From the IMG/VR virus record IMGVR_UViG_3300029507_000004, positions 1-43,835 of that record: a DNA stretch of 43,835 nt, one strand, 5' to 3'. The DNA is from a virus. The notes beneath the pieces are model-generated. The model was not told the DNA's origin. It was given only the letters and a program-made list of their open reading frames with translations, and made no database searches. This document shows positions 27,366-37,371 of this stretch, in pieces. How positions within the stretch are numbered: position 1 is the first letter of the stretch; each line of letters begins with the position of its first letter. A program made the position numbers and the translations under genes.

Positions 27366-29291
27366 TTGGGAAAAATATCTGATTTATTTTTTCAGATTGG
27401 GTATAAAGTAGATTCTACTGGTTTTAAAAAAGCAGAAGATGGATTGAAAGGCATCAAAACAGGAGCTAAAAAAGGAGCTTCTGAAGTAGGACTTTTAGAA
27501 GGGCAAATGGGAAGTCTTATAAAAAAAGGAGCTGGGATATTAAGTGTTGGCTACGCTGTAAAAAGGACTGCTGACTTAATAATAAATACAACTAATGCCT
27601 ATGGGGAATTTGATGATTCTCTAAGAAAAACAGGTGCCAAGATAGGAGTAACAGAATTACAACTAAAAGATTTAGGAGATGCTACAAAAAAAGTTGCTTT
27701 AGAGTTCCACAGTACAGGAAAAGCCGTTTCTGATGCACAGGAATTTCTGGCATTAGCAGGTTATACACTAGAAGAAATAAAGGCAGCTAGTCCAACAGTT
27801 GTAGCAGCGCAAAAAGCAACAGGTGAATCTATGAAGTTGGTATCTGATATAGCTACTGATACAGGCTCTGCTTATGGTTTTGCAGCTGATAAATTAGACT
27901 ATGCAACAGATAGAATGGTTTATACTACTAATAAATTTAACACTAACTTTGGACAGCTTGGTGAAGCCATGAAATACGTGGCTCCTATTGCAGAAAATGC
28001 AGGTATGGAATTTAGTGACCTTAACGCATATATAGGAGTTCTAGCTAATAGTGGGATAAAAGGAACACAAGCAGGAACCGCTTTGAGAGCTTCTTTTTTA
28101 AGACTACAAGCACCAGTAGGAAGTGCACAAAAGCAATTAAAAAAATATAATATAAATCTCTTTGACCAAAATAAAAAATTTATAGGTATAAATAAGGCTA
28201 TGCTTAAAATAGAAAAGGCTACCAAAAAAATGAATGGACAGCAAAAAGCTATGTTTATGCAACAAGTTTTTGGAACAGAAGCCATGTCAGCCATGAATAT
28301 TGTATTTAAAGAAGGCATTGGAAATATTATTGACTATGGAAATGCAATAGATGACCTCTCTAATGGAAAAACTAAAGAGATGGCAAAATTCATGGAAGCT
28401 GGATATGGTGGAATGAAAAGAAGTTTTGAAAGTGAAAAAGATGGACTTAGGCTAGTTCTAGGAGAAATATTTGAACCTGTAGCATGGGACTTTGTGAAAA
28501 TTCTTAGAGATGGAACAAAGGATATAAGAACAGGGTTGGAAGAAGAAAAAAGCACAGCATCTAAATTTGTTTCTGGTTTATGGTCTTACACTAAAAAAGG
28601 GGCTGCTCTTGCAGGAGATTTTATGTATAATACTGGAGAAATTTTAAACATGGCAACAGGGGGAGCTTTTAAAGCTATACCTGATACTACTTTGGGATTT
28701 GTAGGGAGGAACATTGTAGAAGAAGGAGAAATGAGCCAAAATATACAAAAATTCGAAAGAAAAAAGCTTGAACTATATAGTGATAAAAAATTAATGGACC
28801 TAAATCCTAGTCAACAAAAAGAATATTTTCAAAAGTTGCATCCTGACTGGAAAATAGAAAAACCAGATACTGACTTATTATCTGCTAGTAATTTGGAATT
28901 AGGTGATTATATGAAATCGTACCTTTATTCTGGAATTACTGAACTTCCTAAGATTTACAAAATAGATAAAGATAAATATACATATAATCAAAATAAAAAT
29001 AGAAAAGAAGAAAATGAAAAGGCTATGAATGAATTATATAAAACAACTGCTTTAGGAGAAGCCACAAGATTGAACTTAAATCTTAGAGATTTAAATAAAA
29101 ATAGTTCTGCTCTTATAGTAAAAGAGCCTCCTAAAGTAGAAGTAACTGTAAATGGCGGAATATTTACAAGTCAAGAATCCATTGACGGATTAGCTGAGTT
29201 GATAGATGAAAAAGTACAAGAGGCATATAAAAAGAACTGGAATTCTACTTTGAAGTTTGAGAGATCTATAATGGGAGGGCGAGACGAATAA
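27366..29291 (+). CDS. Tail tape measure protein
   Basis: 641 aa; GAYGEFDDSLRKTGAKIG, TAVSDAQEFLALAGYTLEEI, Mu-like tape measure core (NSGIKGTQAGTALRASFLRL). Confidence 0.9.
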   Translation: MGKISDLFFQIGYKVDSTGFKKAEDGLKGIKTGAKKGASEVGLLEGQMGSLIKKGAGILSVGYAVKRTADLIINTTNAYGEFDDSLRKTGAKIGVTELQLKDLGDATKKVALEFHSTGKAVSDAQEFLALAGYTLEEIKAASPTVVAAQKATGESMKLVSDIATDTGSAYGFAADKLDYATDRMVYTTNKFNTNFGQLGEAMKYVAPIAENAGMEFSDLNAYIGVLANSGIKGTQAGTALRASFLRLQAPVGSAQKQLKKYNINLFDQNKKFIGINKAMLKIEKATKKMNGQQKAMFMQQVFGTEAMSAMNIVFKEGIGNIIDYGNAIDDLSNGKTKEMAKFMEAGYGGMKRSFESEKDGLRLVLGEIFEPVAWDFVKILRDGTKDIRTGLEEEKSTASKFVSGLWSYTKKGAALAGDFMYNTGEILNMATGGAFKAIPDTTLGFVGRNIVEEGEMSQNIQKFERKKLELYSDKKLMDLNPSQQKEYFQKLHPDWKIEKPDTDLLSASNLELGDYMKSYLYSGITELPKIYKIDKDKYTYNQNKNRKEENEKAMNELYKTTALGEATRLNLNLRDLNKNSSALIVKEPPKVEVTVNGGIFTSQESIDGLAELIDEKVQEAYKKNWNSTLKFERSIMGGRDE

Positions 29292-30149
29292 ATGGTAAAA
29301 ATAAACGGAATGGAATTTTTTAACTCAAAAATAACACCTTCTTATTCTGCCTACTCTCCAGATGAAATCATGGAAGATAAGACAGTTGCAACAGATAATA
29401 ATACTTTAAACCCTATAAACTTGGAATTTTCTGTATATTATACAAGAAAAAACATTGATGAAGATTACAGGGAGAAAAGGGAATATCTTGAAGATTTATT
29501 TTATTCTCCAGAAAATTTAATAACTATAGAGGACTTACAAGAAAGCATTATATATGAAAATATGATGATACAGAATTTAAATAATTGGGAATTTTTTAAT
29601 AATGGCTTTGCTTGTGTAATAAGCTTAAAGCAAGCCTTGTTAACGCAAAAAGCAGAGCCTGGGAAAACAGCAACAGATAAACCACAAAGAAATATAAAAT
29701 ATATAGAAAGACCTTTAAAAGAAGTTAAGGTTGCAACAAAATTTCTTCCAGATAGTACATTAGCTGCTCTTTCGGAAATGGGAATAAAGGAAAATAATGG
29801 AATATTTAATCTTAATTGCCTTGATTTTGGAAGCTTGGAAGAACTTAAAAGTAATGTCTCTAATAGTATTTTGACAACATTAGGTAATAACAAAATAAAT
29901 TTCAACCTTTTAAAAGATGGGACATTGGATATTCTTACAAAAGGAGGGGAATATCTTGCAGCTGGGCAAAATATGATTGCAAATGTAGAGATGTTAGCAA
30001 ATATGATACCTGGAGTAAATTTCAGTTTGAAATTATTACCTCTTACACAGAAGGCAGTTGATAAATATTTTGATATTTTAAATCTAGGAAACGATTGGGA
30101 AATGGTCGTTTCTAGGATAAAAGGAGGGGCAGAGGAACTTGGCTTTTAA
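29292..30149 (+). CDS. Phage tail/baseplate protein
   Basis: 285 aa, between tape measure and baseplate genes. Confidence 0.6.
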   Translation: MVKINGMEFFNSKITPSYSAYSPDEIMEDKTVATDNNTLNPINLEFSVYYTRKNIDEDYREKREYLEDLFYSPENLITIEDLQESIIYENMMIQNLNNWEFFNNGFACVISLKQALLTQKAEPGKTATDKPQRNIKYIERPLKEVKVATKFLPDSTLAALSEMGIKENNGIFNLNCLDFGSLEELKSNVSNSILTTLGNNKINFNLLKDGTLDILTKGGEYLAAGQNMIANVEMLANMIPGVNFSLKLLPLTQKAVDKYFDILNLGNDWEMVVSRIKGGAEELGF

Positions 30150-31044
30150 TTTTATACCAGATGTAGATATTATTATAGATGGGGTTACATATAACAATTC
30201 AAATTATTCTATTAGTTTCTCTGTAAATAGAAGAACACGAGGTTCTGGGAACACTGGACTTATTAATATAAACTACCTTACAGAAGCAACTAAAACAATG
30301 CTATTAAAGAAAAAAAAGGAAGAAAATGACTTAGGAGAAACAGAAGAAAAAGAAAAGGAAAGTGAAGAAGAGCAACATTATGTTACTAAAGGAGCAAAAG
30401 TTATAATAATAGCTGGCTATAAAACTTCTGGAAAAGGGCTTATATTTTATGGAGACATAGAAGAAATTGAGGAGAACAGTAGTGGAGGAATAGAAATACA
30501 AGCAACAGAGGGCGAAAGACAGTGGAGTACCGAAATAGTAAATAAAAGCTATACAGCAGGCTCTACAGTAAAAGAAATAGTCAAAAACATAATGATTTCT
30601 TCTACATATGGCATGGGAGTTATAGACAGTAGTGACTATACATTTACACGAGGCTTTAATGCACAAGGAACTCTAAAAAGTGAGCTTGGTAAATTAGCTT
30701 TGCAGGTGAATGCAGAGGTAAGGATAAAGAAAAATTTAATATATTTTGTTAAAAAAGGATATGAAGAATTAGAAACAACAATATCCGCAGATACAGGATT
30801 AAAAGAAATAAGAAAAACCGAAAACGGATATCTCCTTAATATGTATTTAAATAATCTGCTGCAAGAAAATATGAGGCTAAATATTGTAAATAAAAAAGGA
30901 GAAACTATTAAGACAACAATAGATACAGTTTCCCATTATTATAGCAGGCTAAAATTTGAAACAACTGTGGAATGCTCTATACATACCCAAGAAAAGGATT
31001 TAGGAGAAGAGAAGGAAAAGGAAAGTGATTTGGGCGATGATTAA
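30139..31044 (+). CDS. Tail hub-like protein (XkdQ-like)
   Basis: 301 aa, position and beta-rich sequence. Confidence 0.6.
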   Translation: MAFNFIPDVDIIIDGVTYNNSNYSISFSVNRRTRGSGNTGLININYLTEATKTMLLKKKKEENDLGETEEKEKESEEEQHYVTKGAKVIIIAGYKTSGKGLIFYGDIEEIEENSSGGIEIQATEGERQWSTEIVNKSYTAGSTVKEIVKNIMISSTYGMGVIDSSDYTFTRGFNAQGTLKSELGKLALQVNAEVRIKKNLIYFVKKGYEELETTISADTGLKEIRKTENGYLLNMYLNNLLQENMRLNIVNKKGETIKTTIDTVSHYYSRLKFETTVECSIHTQEKDLGEEKEKESDLGDD

Positions 31045-31753
31045 TATAACAGAATTGTTAGATAAATGGAAAATTATCCTGTTAAATGAAATACATACTA
31101 AAATACCAGGAACTATAATTTCTTTTGATCCTGTAAAAATGGAAGCTTCTGTTCTCCCACTTGCAAGACCTGTTATTGAAGGGAAGGAAGTAGAACCACA
31201 GATAATAGAAAGATGTCCTGTATGCTTCTTAAATGATTCTACTTTTGCAGTAAGACATCCACTTAAAAAAGGAGATTTAGTTATAATCGGGTTTTCTGAA
31301 ACGAGCTTAGAGAAGATATTAACCAGTAAAAAACCAGAATCTGTAACTAAAAATGGAAGATTTAATCTTACAGACGGGATTGTATTGGGAACTATAGATG
31401 GGGAATATGATGAAATGCCAGTAGAAAATAGTAATGATTTACTTATTGTAAATAAAGAAACAGGGCACAAAATAGTTTTTAAGGCAGATGGTAGCATAGA
31501 TACAACAGTAGAAATAATAACAGCACTTAATGCAACCTCTATAAAAGCCCCGTTGGCAACAATAGAATGTAAAAATTTAATAGCCTCAGACAATGTGGAA
31601 GCAAGGAAAAATATTAAAGCTGGGATAAAAATGGAAGCTCCAACTGTATCTGGAACTGAAGATGTAATGATAGCAGGAAAGAGTGGTAAAAATCATAAAC
31701 ATAAATATATGTCAGGAGATGGTCCTGAACTTGATTCATCTCCACCAAATTAG
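31025..31753 (+). CDS. Baseplate spike/gp138-like protein
   Basis: 242 aa; PGTIISFDPVKMEASVLPLARP...PVCFL..FAVRHPLKKGDLVIIGFSE. Confidence 0.75.
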   Translation: MIWAMINITELLDKWKIILLNEIHTKIPGTIISFDPVKMEASVLPLARPVIEGKEVEPQIIERCPVCFLNDSTFAVRHPLKKGDLVIIGFSETSLEKILTSKKPESVTKNGRFNLTDGIVLGTIDGEYDEMPVENSNDLLIVNKETGHKIVFKADGSIDTTVEIITALNATSIKAPLATIECKNLIASDNVEARKNIKAGIKMEAPTVSGTEDVMIAGKSGKNHKHKYMSGDGPELDSSPPN

Positions 31754-31762
31754 AGGTGAGTA

Positions 31763-32131
31763 ATGGCAATAGAACTAGATTTAAAAAACAGAGATATAGC
31801 ATTAGATGATAAAAAACATTTTGCTATAGCAGATAAAACAAAAGACATCAAGCAAAGGTTGATTTTAAAAATCGAGTTAATGAAAGGGGAATGGTATTTA
31901 AATAAAGATGAAGGAATACCTTGGATAGAGATACTCTCTTTAACAGGGGCTGAGCAGGAACAAATGGCAAAAAATGAAATAAAAAAAGTACTTATAAAAG
32001 ACAAAGCAGTGGTAGAAATTAAAAAACTTACTGCAAAGCAAAATATAAAAACAAATGTGCTGGAAATAAATTTTATGGTTCTATGCACAGATGGAAATGA
32101 GTACACAATCGAGATAAGAAAGAGGGGATAA
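31763..32131 (+). CDS. Baseplate wedge protein (gp25/DUF2634-like)
   Basis: 122 aa; IKQRLILKIELMKGEWYLNKDEGIPW. Confidence 0.8.
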   Translation: MAIELDLKNRDIALDDKKHFAIADKTKDIKQRLILKIELMKGEWYLNKDEGIPWIEILSLTGAEQEQMAKNEIKKVLIKDKAVVEIKKLTAKQNIKTNVLEINFMVLCTDGNEYTIEIRKRG

Positions 32132-32132
32132 T

Positions 32133-33317
32133 ATGGAATATGGAGTTACTGAAAAAGGGTTTGTATCTATGCTGTACCCTGATATCTTAAAAGAAATAGA
32201 GGATGATTTAAAAATTAAATTTGGGCAAGAGTGGGAACTTGACCTATATACTCCTGAAGGAGCTATGACAATGGTTTTTTCTGACAAATTAGCTAAGGCT
32301 TGGGAAGGGGCAAAGCAAGCTTATTTTTCTAAATTTTTAGATTATTCTACAGGAATCCAATTGGATTACCATGGTAAATCTGAGGAACCTCCTGTAATTA
32401 GAGGAAAGGGAAATTATGCAACAACAACAATAGAGTTTGTTACAAATAGAGAAATGACTATTCCAAAGTGGACCTTACTAAAGAAAAGAGAAACAGAAGC
32501 CACTTATATGACTGTATCCTCTCTGAAGATAGATAAAACATTAAAAGGACAGGTACAAGCGATTGCAACAGGATCTGGAGATATATATAATGCCATTATT
32601 GGAGATATATCTGAGTTAGGGAATAATATAACTGGAGTTATATCTGTTAGCAATATTACACCAGCAACTGGAGGGGATGGGATTGAAAATGATTCATCTT
32701 ACAGGGAAAGAATTAGAAGGAATAGGCGAAATCAAGGAGGGTCTACAGTAAACACAATAACTTCTGAATTATTAAAACTTAAAACTATAAATAATGCTCT
32801 TGTTTTGGAAAATGTAACAGATGAAATAGATGAAAACGGATTAAAACCTGGATATATAAGAGTGTATATAGATGGAATTGATTCGGAAGAAGTTTCTAAA
32901 ACAATACATGAATTTAAATCTGCTGGGATAAATACAGAAGGAGATAGAGGTTATGAAGTGGAAAATTCAGGAGGGCAGCTTGTAAGAGAAAATTTCTACA
33001 TGATGACTAAAAGACAATTATATGTAACAGTTGAAATAATAAGTTATGCAGATGGAGAGGTCCCAGATTCTATTAAAACAGCGATAAAAGAAGTTGTTAA
33101 AAGTTATATAGAAGAGATACAACAAACAGGGTTAAACACAAAAATGAAACGTATAGTAATTAATCAGCTGGAAGCGAGAGCTTATGCTGTTTCTGATGAA
33201 ATACTTGAAGTTAGTGCAAAGGCAGGATTGTCCTCTTCTCCAACAGAAAAGAAAAATATAAATATTCCAGTTGGAGAATACTTTTATTGCGATCCTTCTA
33301 CAATAGAGGTGATTTAA
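32133..33317 (+). CDS. Baseplate J-like protein
   Basis: 394 aa; GDGIENDSSYRERIRRNRRNQGGSTVNTI, PGYIRVYIDG. Confidence 0.9.
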   Translation: MEYGVTEKGFVSMLYPDILKEIEDDLKIKFGQEWELDLYTPEGAMTMVFSDKLAKAWEGAKQAYFSKFLDYSTGIQLDYHGKSEEPPVIRGKGNYATTTIEFVTNREMTIPKWTLLKKRETEATYMTVSSLKIDKTLKGQVQAIATGSGDIYNAIIGDISELGNNITGVISVSNITPATGGDGIENDSSYRERIRRNRRNQGGSTVNTITSELLKLKTINNALVLENVTDEIDENGLKPGYIRVYIDGIDSEEVSKTIHEFKSAGINTEGDRGYEVENSGGQLVRENFYMMTKRQLYVTVEIISYADGEVPDSIKTAIKEVVKSYIEEIQQTGLNTKMKRIVINQLEARAYAVSDEILEVSAKAGLSSSPTEKKNINIPVGEYFYCDPSTIEVI

Positions 33318-33994
33318 TGGCTGTTGAAGATGTAGTAAAAATATTAGAACTTACAGAAATGGCAGAGCATTTACCAGCTTCTTACAATATAGATAATAGC
33401 AAGCTAAGTGCTTATTTAGAAGTAATAACAAAACAATTAAATAAACTTATAAAGGCAATAAAAGATACAGAAAAGATAAATGATTTTGATTTTATTTTTG
33501 GAAAAAGTATTGATTATCTAGGAAATGACTATGAAGAGGAAAGGAAAGGAGAAAAGGACAGATATTTTCTTAATAGGATAAAAATGAAAAAGATAGCTTC
33601 TGGAAGCTTAGGAGATGAAAATTCTATAATAAATGGTATAGCAGGGTATTTTAATTACAAAGACAATAGGGTCCAAGTAAGGAATATTGCAACTAGAAAA
33701 ATAGAAGTTACTTATCCAGCCGAATTAGAAGAAGAAAAAGTTATTTTCTGTTTATCTAATCTTAAAGCCGCAGGGATAAGATACATGATGACAAAAGATA
33801 TATTTTGGGAAGACCTTACATATGCACAGATGGCAGAGACAACGTATGAAGAATTAGCAAAATTAAGATACCAGAGAGGATATGCTCCAGCATGGGCAGA
33901 CTATAGATATGACCAACTGTCAGAGAACACATATGAGCAACTAGCTAAACTTAATTATACAAGGAGGGATGGAAATAATGACGGAAAAATATGA
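33317..33994 (+). CDS. DUF2313/YmfQ-like tail protein
   Basis: MAVEDVVKILELTEMAEHLP; position after baseplate J; start chosen at 33317. Confidence 0.6.
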   Translation: MAVEDVVKILELTEMAEHLPASYNIDNSKLSAYLEVITKQLNKLIKAIKDTEKINDFDFIFGKSIDYLGNDYEEERKGEKDRYFLNRIKMKKIASGSLGDENSIINGIAGYFNYKDNRVQVRNIATRKIEVTYPAELEEEKVIFCLSNLKAAGIRYMMTKDIFWEDLTYAQMAETTYEELAKLRYQRGYAPAWADYRYDQLSENTYEQLAKLNYTRRDGNNDGKI

Positions 33995-35072
33995 AGTAAC
34001 AGAGTTGTCTGAAGACAGACTTACTCCATTTTTAAATTTATTTATACCTGGATTTTATTCTAAAGGTACTTTTGTAGTTGATTTTGCAGAGCCAAATATG
34101 ACTAAAATAGACCAGTGGGCACAAAGTATAAATGAGGACATGAATGCAGATGGTGGATATTTAAGTAAAGGAGAAAATTTACCAGCAATATTTAATACAG
34201 CCTTAAAAATATCTACTGCAATAGAAAAACTTGTAGGTAAAAAGATATCTGGAATTATTCAGGAAGCTGGGACAAAAAAGCAGGGAGAATATTATTTAGA
34301 TAGAGATAATTTCGGAATATTTTATTGCAAGACAGAATCTACAACGCTAACAAATGATCCAGCAATTTTTGAAAATTATAGCAATTTTGAAATAAGAGAA
34401 AAATTAAAAGAAACTATTAAAGAATTAGATAAAATAGCTTCTCCTACTCAGTTGGGAAGAATAAAATTAGGAAAAGGAATGACCTTAAAAGAAGGAGGAG
34501 TAGTAGATGTTGAAAATGTTGATATAAGTGGAAAACTGGACAAAGGTGACGTTTCTGAGGACTATAACACAGGTAAAAAGATAGAAGATAAATTAAGCCA
34601 AATTGAAGAGAAATTTAAAAATTTCTGTCCATATAGTGTGGGAGATATCTACATTACTACTTTATCCAACAATCCAGCAACTAAGTATTTAGGCACAACT
34701 TGGGAGAAAATAGAAGGTAAATTCTTACTCGCAACATCTGGCAGTAATGCTAGTGGACAGACTGGGGGTAGTAATACTAAAACTATTAGTAAAGCAAATT
34801 TACCAGCTGTAAAAGTGCAGGTAGATAGTTTTGCTTTAACTAATGCTAAACATGGACATACATATCCAGTTGGTGGTGGGTCACACAATTACAGTAGTTA
34901 TGGAAATTGTGAGGGATATCCAGGTGGAAGAAGCTCTACCACTAACGTAAATCTTGGTGGTGGAACTAATACAGGAACAGCCTCTCCATTTACAGAAACT
35001 TTAGGTTCTGGAACTCCTTTAGATATTACCCCTAGTTTCTATACAGTGCATATTTGGAAGAGGTTAAGTTAA
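33969..35072 (+). CDS. Tail fibre/adhesin, N-terminal constant region fused to variable cassette A
   Basis: 367 aa; N-terminal fibre, collar-like C-terminus NPATKYLGTTWEKIEGKFLLATSG...GTPLDITPSFYTVHIWKRLS. Confidence 0.88.
   Translation: MEIMTEKYEVTELSEDRLTPFLNLFIPGFYSKGTFVVDFAEPNMTKIDQWAQSINEDMNADGGYLSKGENLPAIFNTALKISTAIEKLVGKKISGIIQEAGTKKQGEYYLDRDNFGIFYCKTESTTLTNDPAIFENYSNFEIREKLKETIKELDKIASPTQLGRIKLGKGMTLKEGGVVDVENVDISGKLDKGDVSEDYNTGKKIEDKLSQIEEKFKNFCPYSVGDIYITTLSNNPATKYLGTTWEKIEGKFLLATSGSNASGQTGGSNTKTISKANLPAVKVQVDSFALTNAKHGHTYPVGGGSHNYSSYGNCEGYPGGRSSTTNVNLGGGTNTGTASPFTETLGSGTPLDITPSFYTVHIWKRLS
34612..34630 (+). repeat. Putative crossover site A
   Basis: AATTTAAAAATTTCTGTCC, in frame as KFKNFC(P). 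Confidence 0.85.
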
Positions 35073-35533
35073 ACGCTTCCAGACATTACAGACAAGGTAT
35101 GGAGGCATATTATTAAAGGGTGTTCCATTTCCTATATAACTTGTATAAGGTGCAATAGCTCCTGTAGAACCTCCACCAGCACTAGAAGTATTAACTGTAG
35201 CATTATTTCCAGCTAAGTTATCTGCTCCCCATCCAACTCTATTAGCACTGTAATTATCTCCAGAGTGATTTTGTAGAGTTATAGAATGTGTGTGGGCTGG
35301 AATAGTGGCAGTAGTGCTGTCTACTTGGTGTCTATGTCTTGGTATATTTACTTCTGTTAAGGTGATATTAGAACTTCCCCCAGTACTTCCAAGAGCATAG
35401 CTACTGCTAGAACCTAGTAAAAATCTACCTTCTTGCTTTTCCCATGTTGTGCCTAAAAACAGAGTGGCAGGGTTCTCTGTACCTAGTGTTAGGAATAAAG
35501 AATTTATAGGAAAAGGACAGAAATTTTTAAATT
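35064..35533 (-). CDS. Silent tail-fibre C-terminal cassette B (no start codon)
   Basis: Minus-strand reading from the shared repeat is fully open: KFKNFCPFPINSLFLTLGTENPATLFLGTTWEKQEGRFLLGSSSSYALGSTGGSS...NGTPFNNMPPYLVCNVWKRLT*. Absent from the supplied ORF track. Confidence 0.9.
35515..35533 (-). repeat. Putative crossover site B (inverted)
   Basis: Reverse complement reads AATTTAAAAATTTCTGTCC. Confidence 0.85.
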
Positions 35534-35567
35534 ACCAACATTTTATAAGAAAAAAGGAGCAAAAAAA

Positions 35568-35747
35568 ATGAGTAAAAATTCTAAAAAATTAAAAAGATAT
35601 ATTAGAAAGCAAATAAAGAAATATGTAAAAGAAAATAATATATTTGTATTCGCTAAATTGCCAGAAAAGAGATTTGATTTAAATGGGATACATGGTAATT
35701 GTATACCTAGGCATACATCTGTATTGCCTAATTATAATTTAAAATAA
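35568..35747 (+). CDS. Small basic hypothetical protein MSKNSKKLKRYIRKQIKKYVKENNIFVFAKLPEKRF...
   Basis: Read manually; 59 aa behind an AAAAAAGGAG ribosome-binding site. Confidence 0.45.
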   Translation: MSKNSKKLKRYIRKQIKKYVKENNIFVFAKLPEKRFDLNGIHGNCIPRHTSVLPNYNLK

Positions 35748-35769
35748 AAAAACTAAGGAGTGATAAAAA

Positions 35770-36354
35770 ATGAGTAAAAAATATATTTATATAAGTAGAG
35801 AACAAGCAAAACAAGGGGTGTCTTGTGTATTTATGGTAGCTGATAAGCCTGTACAAAACATGGCAGAGTACTTTGAAGGAAAAGCCTGCTTGTATGTGGG
35901 GGAAGACTTGCCACATTTTATAACATATATAGCTGAGCAAGACACAATAAGAGAAGCTACAGAAGAGGAAAAACTAGAGAGAAACCAAAGAAAACTAACA
36001 GAAAACGAACTATTAATAGATGGGAAAATAGTGGCTTATGACCCTTACAGCCAAAAAATAGTAGATGGTGCAATTGTGGGAAAGACAAGAGAGGATTATA
36101 TCCAAGAAGGGATTATAACATTAGAAACAGAGAAAGAAAAAGCTCGAATGGAAAGAGAAAAAATTTTTAATGCACTGGACTTATATGATAAAGCAGTACT
36201 TAGAGGAGATATAGAAGAAAGTCCAGAAGGTAAAACTGCTAGAGACACTTTTAGACAGGCTTGGTTAGAGCTTCCTAATAACTATGTAGATATAAATACT
36301 CCAATAGAAAGTTTATATCCAACATTACCTGCAATAATTGCTTACTTTGCATAA
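35770..36354 (+). CDS. Phage tail-fibre-associated protein
   Basis: 194 aa; conserved-style C-terminus AWLELPNNYVDINTPIESLYPTLPAIIAYFA; located downstream of the fibre cassettes. Confidence 0.5.
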   Translation: MSKKYIYISREQAKQGVSCVFMVADKPVQNMAEYFEGKACLYVGEDLPHFITYIAEQDTIREATEEEKLERNQRKLTENELLIDGKIVAYDPYSQKIVDGAIVGKTREDYIQEGIITLETEKEKARMEREKIFNALDLYDKAVLRGDIEESPEGKTARDTFRQAWLELPNNYVDINTPIESLYPTLPAIIAYFA

Positions 36355-36402
36355 GACCTTCCTGTATGATGTAGTTATTATAATTATACAGGAGGCTTAA
36401 AA

Positions 36403-37359
36403 ATGAAAATAAGTGAGAAAAACAGAGCTTTATACCAACTTTATCTAGACAGCAACTATGCTGTAAATTCTAATGTTAAGGATACTACTTATAGAACTTA
36501 TAAGAATAGTATGTATAACTTTATGGAGTTTTTACATACGCAGGAAGGGAATAGGTACCTTCTTGCAGAGGACACTTTAAAAAAGATTATAAGCATTCTG
36601 GAGAGATTTATAATCCACTGTCGTAATAACAAAAACAACAACTGTACTATAAATGGGAAGATAACAGCAATAAGCAGCTTTTATAAATGGGCTGCTAAAA
36701 GGGATTTAATAAAACACCATCCATTTAGAGACAAATTGGATAGATTAAAAATTACAGAAGCAGACAAGAGAAGAGAAAGCTATTTTCTTACTTGGAAGCA
36801 GATATTTACTGTAAGCTTGCTTATGGAGCTAAATAAAAAACGATTCGATATAGAAAGCCGTTTAATGTGGGAATTATTTCTGGATAGTGGTTTTAGGATT
36901 AGCGCTGTACATAGCTTAAAAATGTCGCAGTTAGACATAGAAAACAACATGTTCAAAAATGTTGGGGAAAAGATGGGAAAGGTAAGAGATCTATTTTTCT
37001 TTACCAGCACAAAAAAACTTTTGCAAGAGTGGATAAAGACAAGGGAAAAGAAAGGTATAGAGATAGATTATTTGTTTACTACTTTCTATAAGAACAAATA
37101 TAATCAAATGTCACAGACGGCTATTAGGAGACGTGTTCGTAAGATGGGAAGTCTGATAGATATACCTAAATTATACCCGCACTCTCTCCGTAAGACTGCA
37201 ATTAACCAAATAAATAATTTAAGTGATACAAAAACCGCGAGTGAATTTGCAGGGCATGCTAATACAAAAGTGACAGAAGAACATTATATACAGCAGAAAA
37301 GCGCAGCAGACCAGCAAAACAGGATATTCTTAATGCGTAAAAATGCAGGGCTTATTTAA
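36403..37359 (+). CDS. Tyrosine recombinase, probable fibre-cassette invertase
   Basis: 318 aa; catalytic motifs DSGFRISAVHSLK, YPHSLRKTAIN, AGHANTKVTEEHYIQ; lies between the two cassette pairs. Confidence 0.88.
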   Translation: MKISEKNRALYQLYLDSNYAVNSNVKDTTYRTYKNSMYNFMEFLHTQEGNRYLLAEDTLKKIISILERFIIHCRNNKNNNCTINGKITAISSFYKWAAKRDLIKHHPFRDKLDRLKITEADKRRESYFLTWKQIFTVSLLMELNKKRFDIESRLMWELFLDSGFRISAVHSLKMSQLDIENNMFKNVGEKMGKVRDLFFFTSTKKLLQEWIKTREKKGIEIDYLFTTFYKNKYNQMSQTAIRRRVRKMGSLIDIPKLYPHSLRKTAINQINNLSDTKTASEFAGHANTKVTEEHYIQQKSAADQQNRIFLMRKNAGLI

Positions 37360-37371
37360 AAATATAAGTAG

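Noticed and set aside
31000-31593. 197-aa antisense ORF
   Set aside because: Opposite the baseplate spike gene, no motif or ribosome-binding support.
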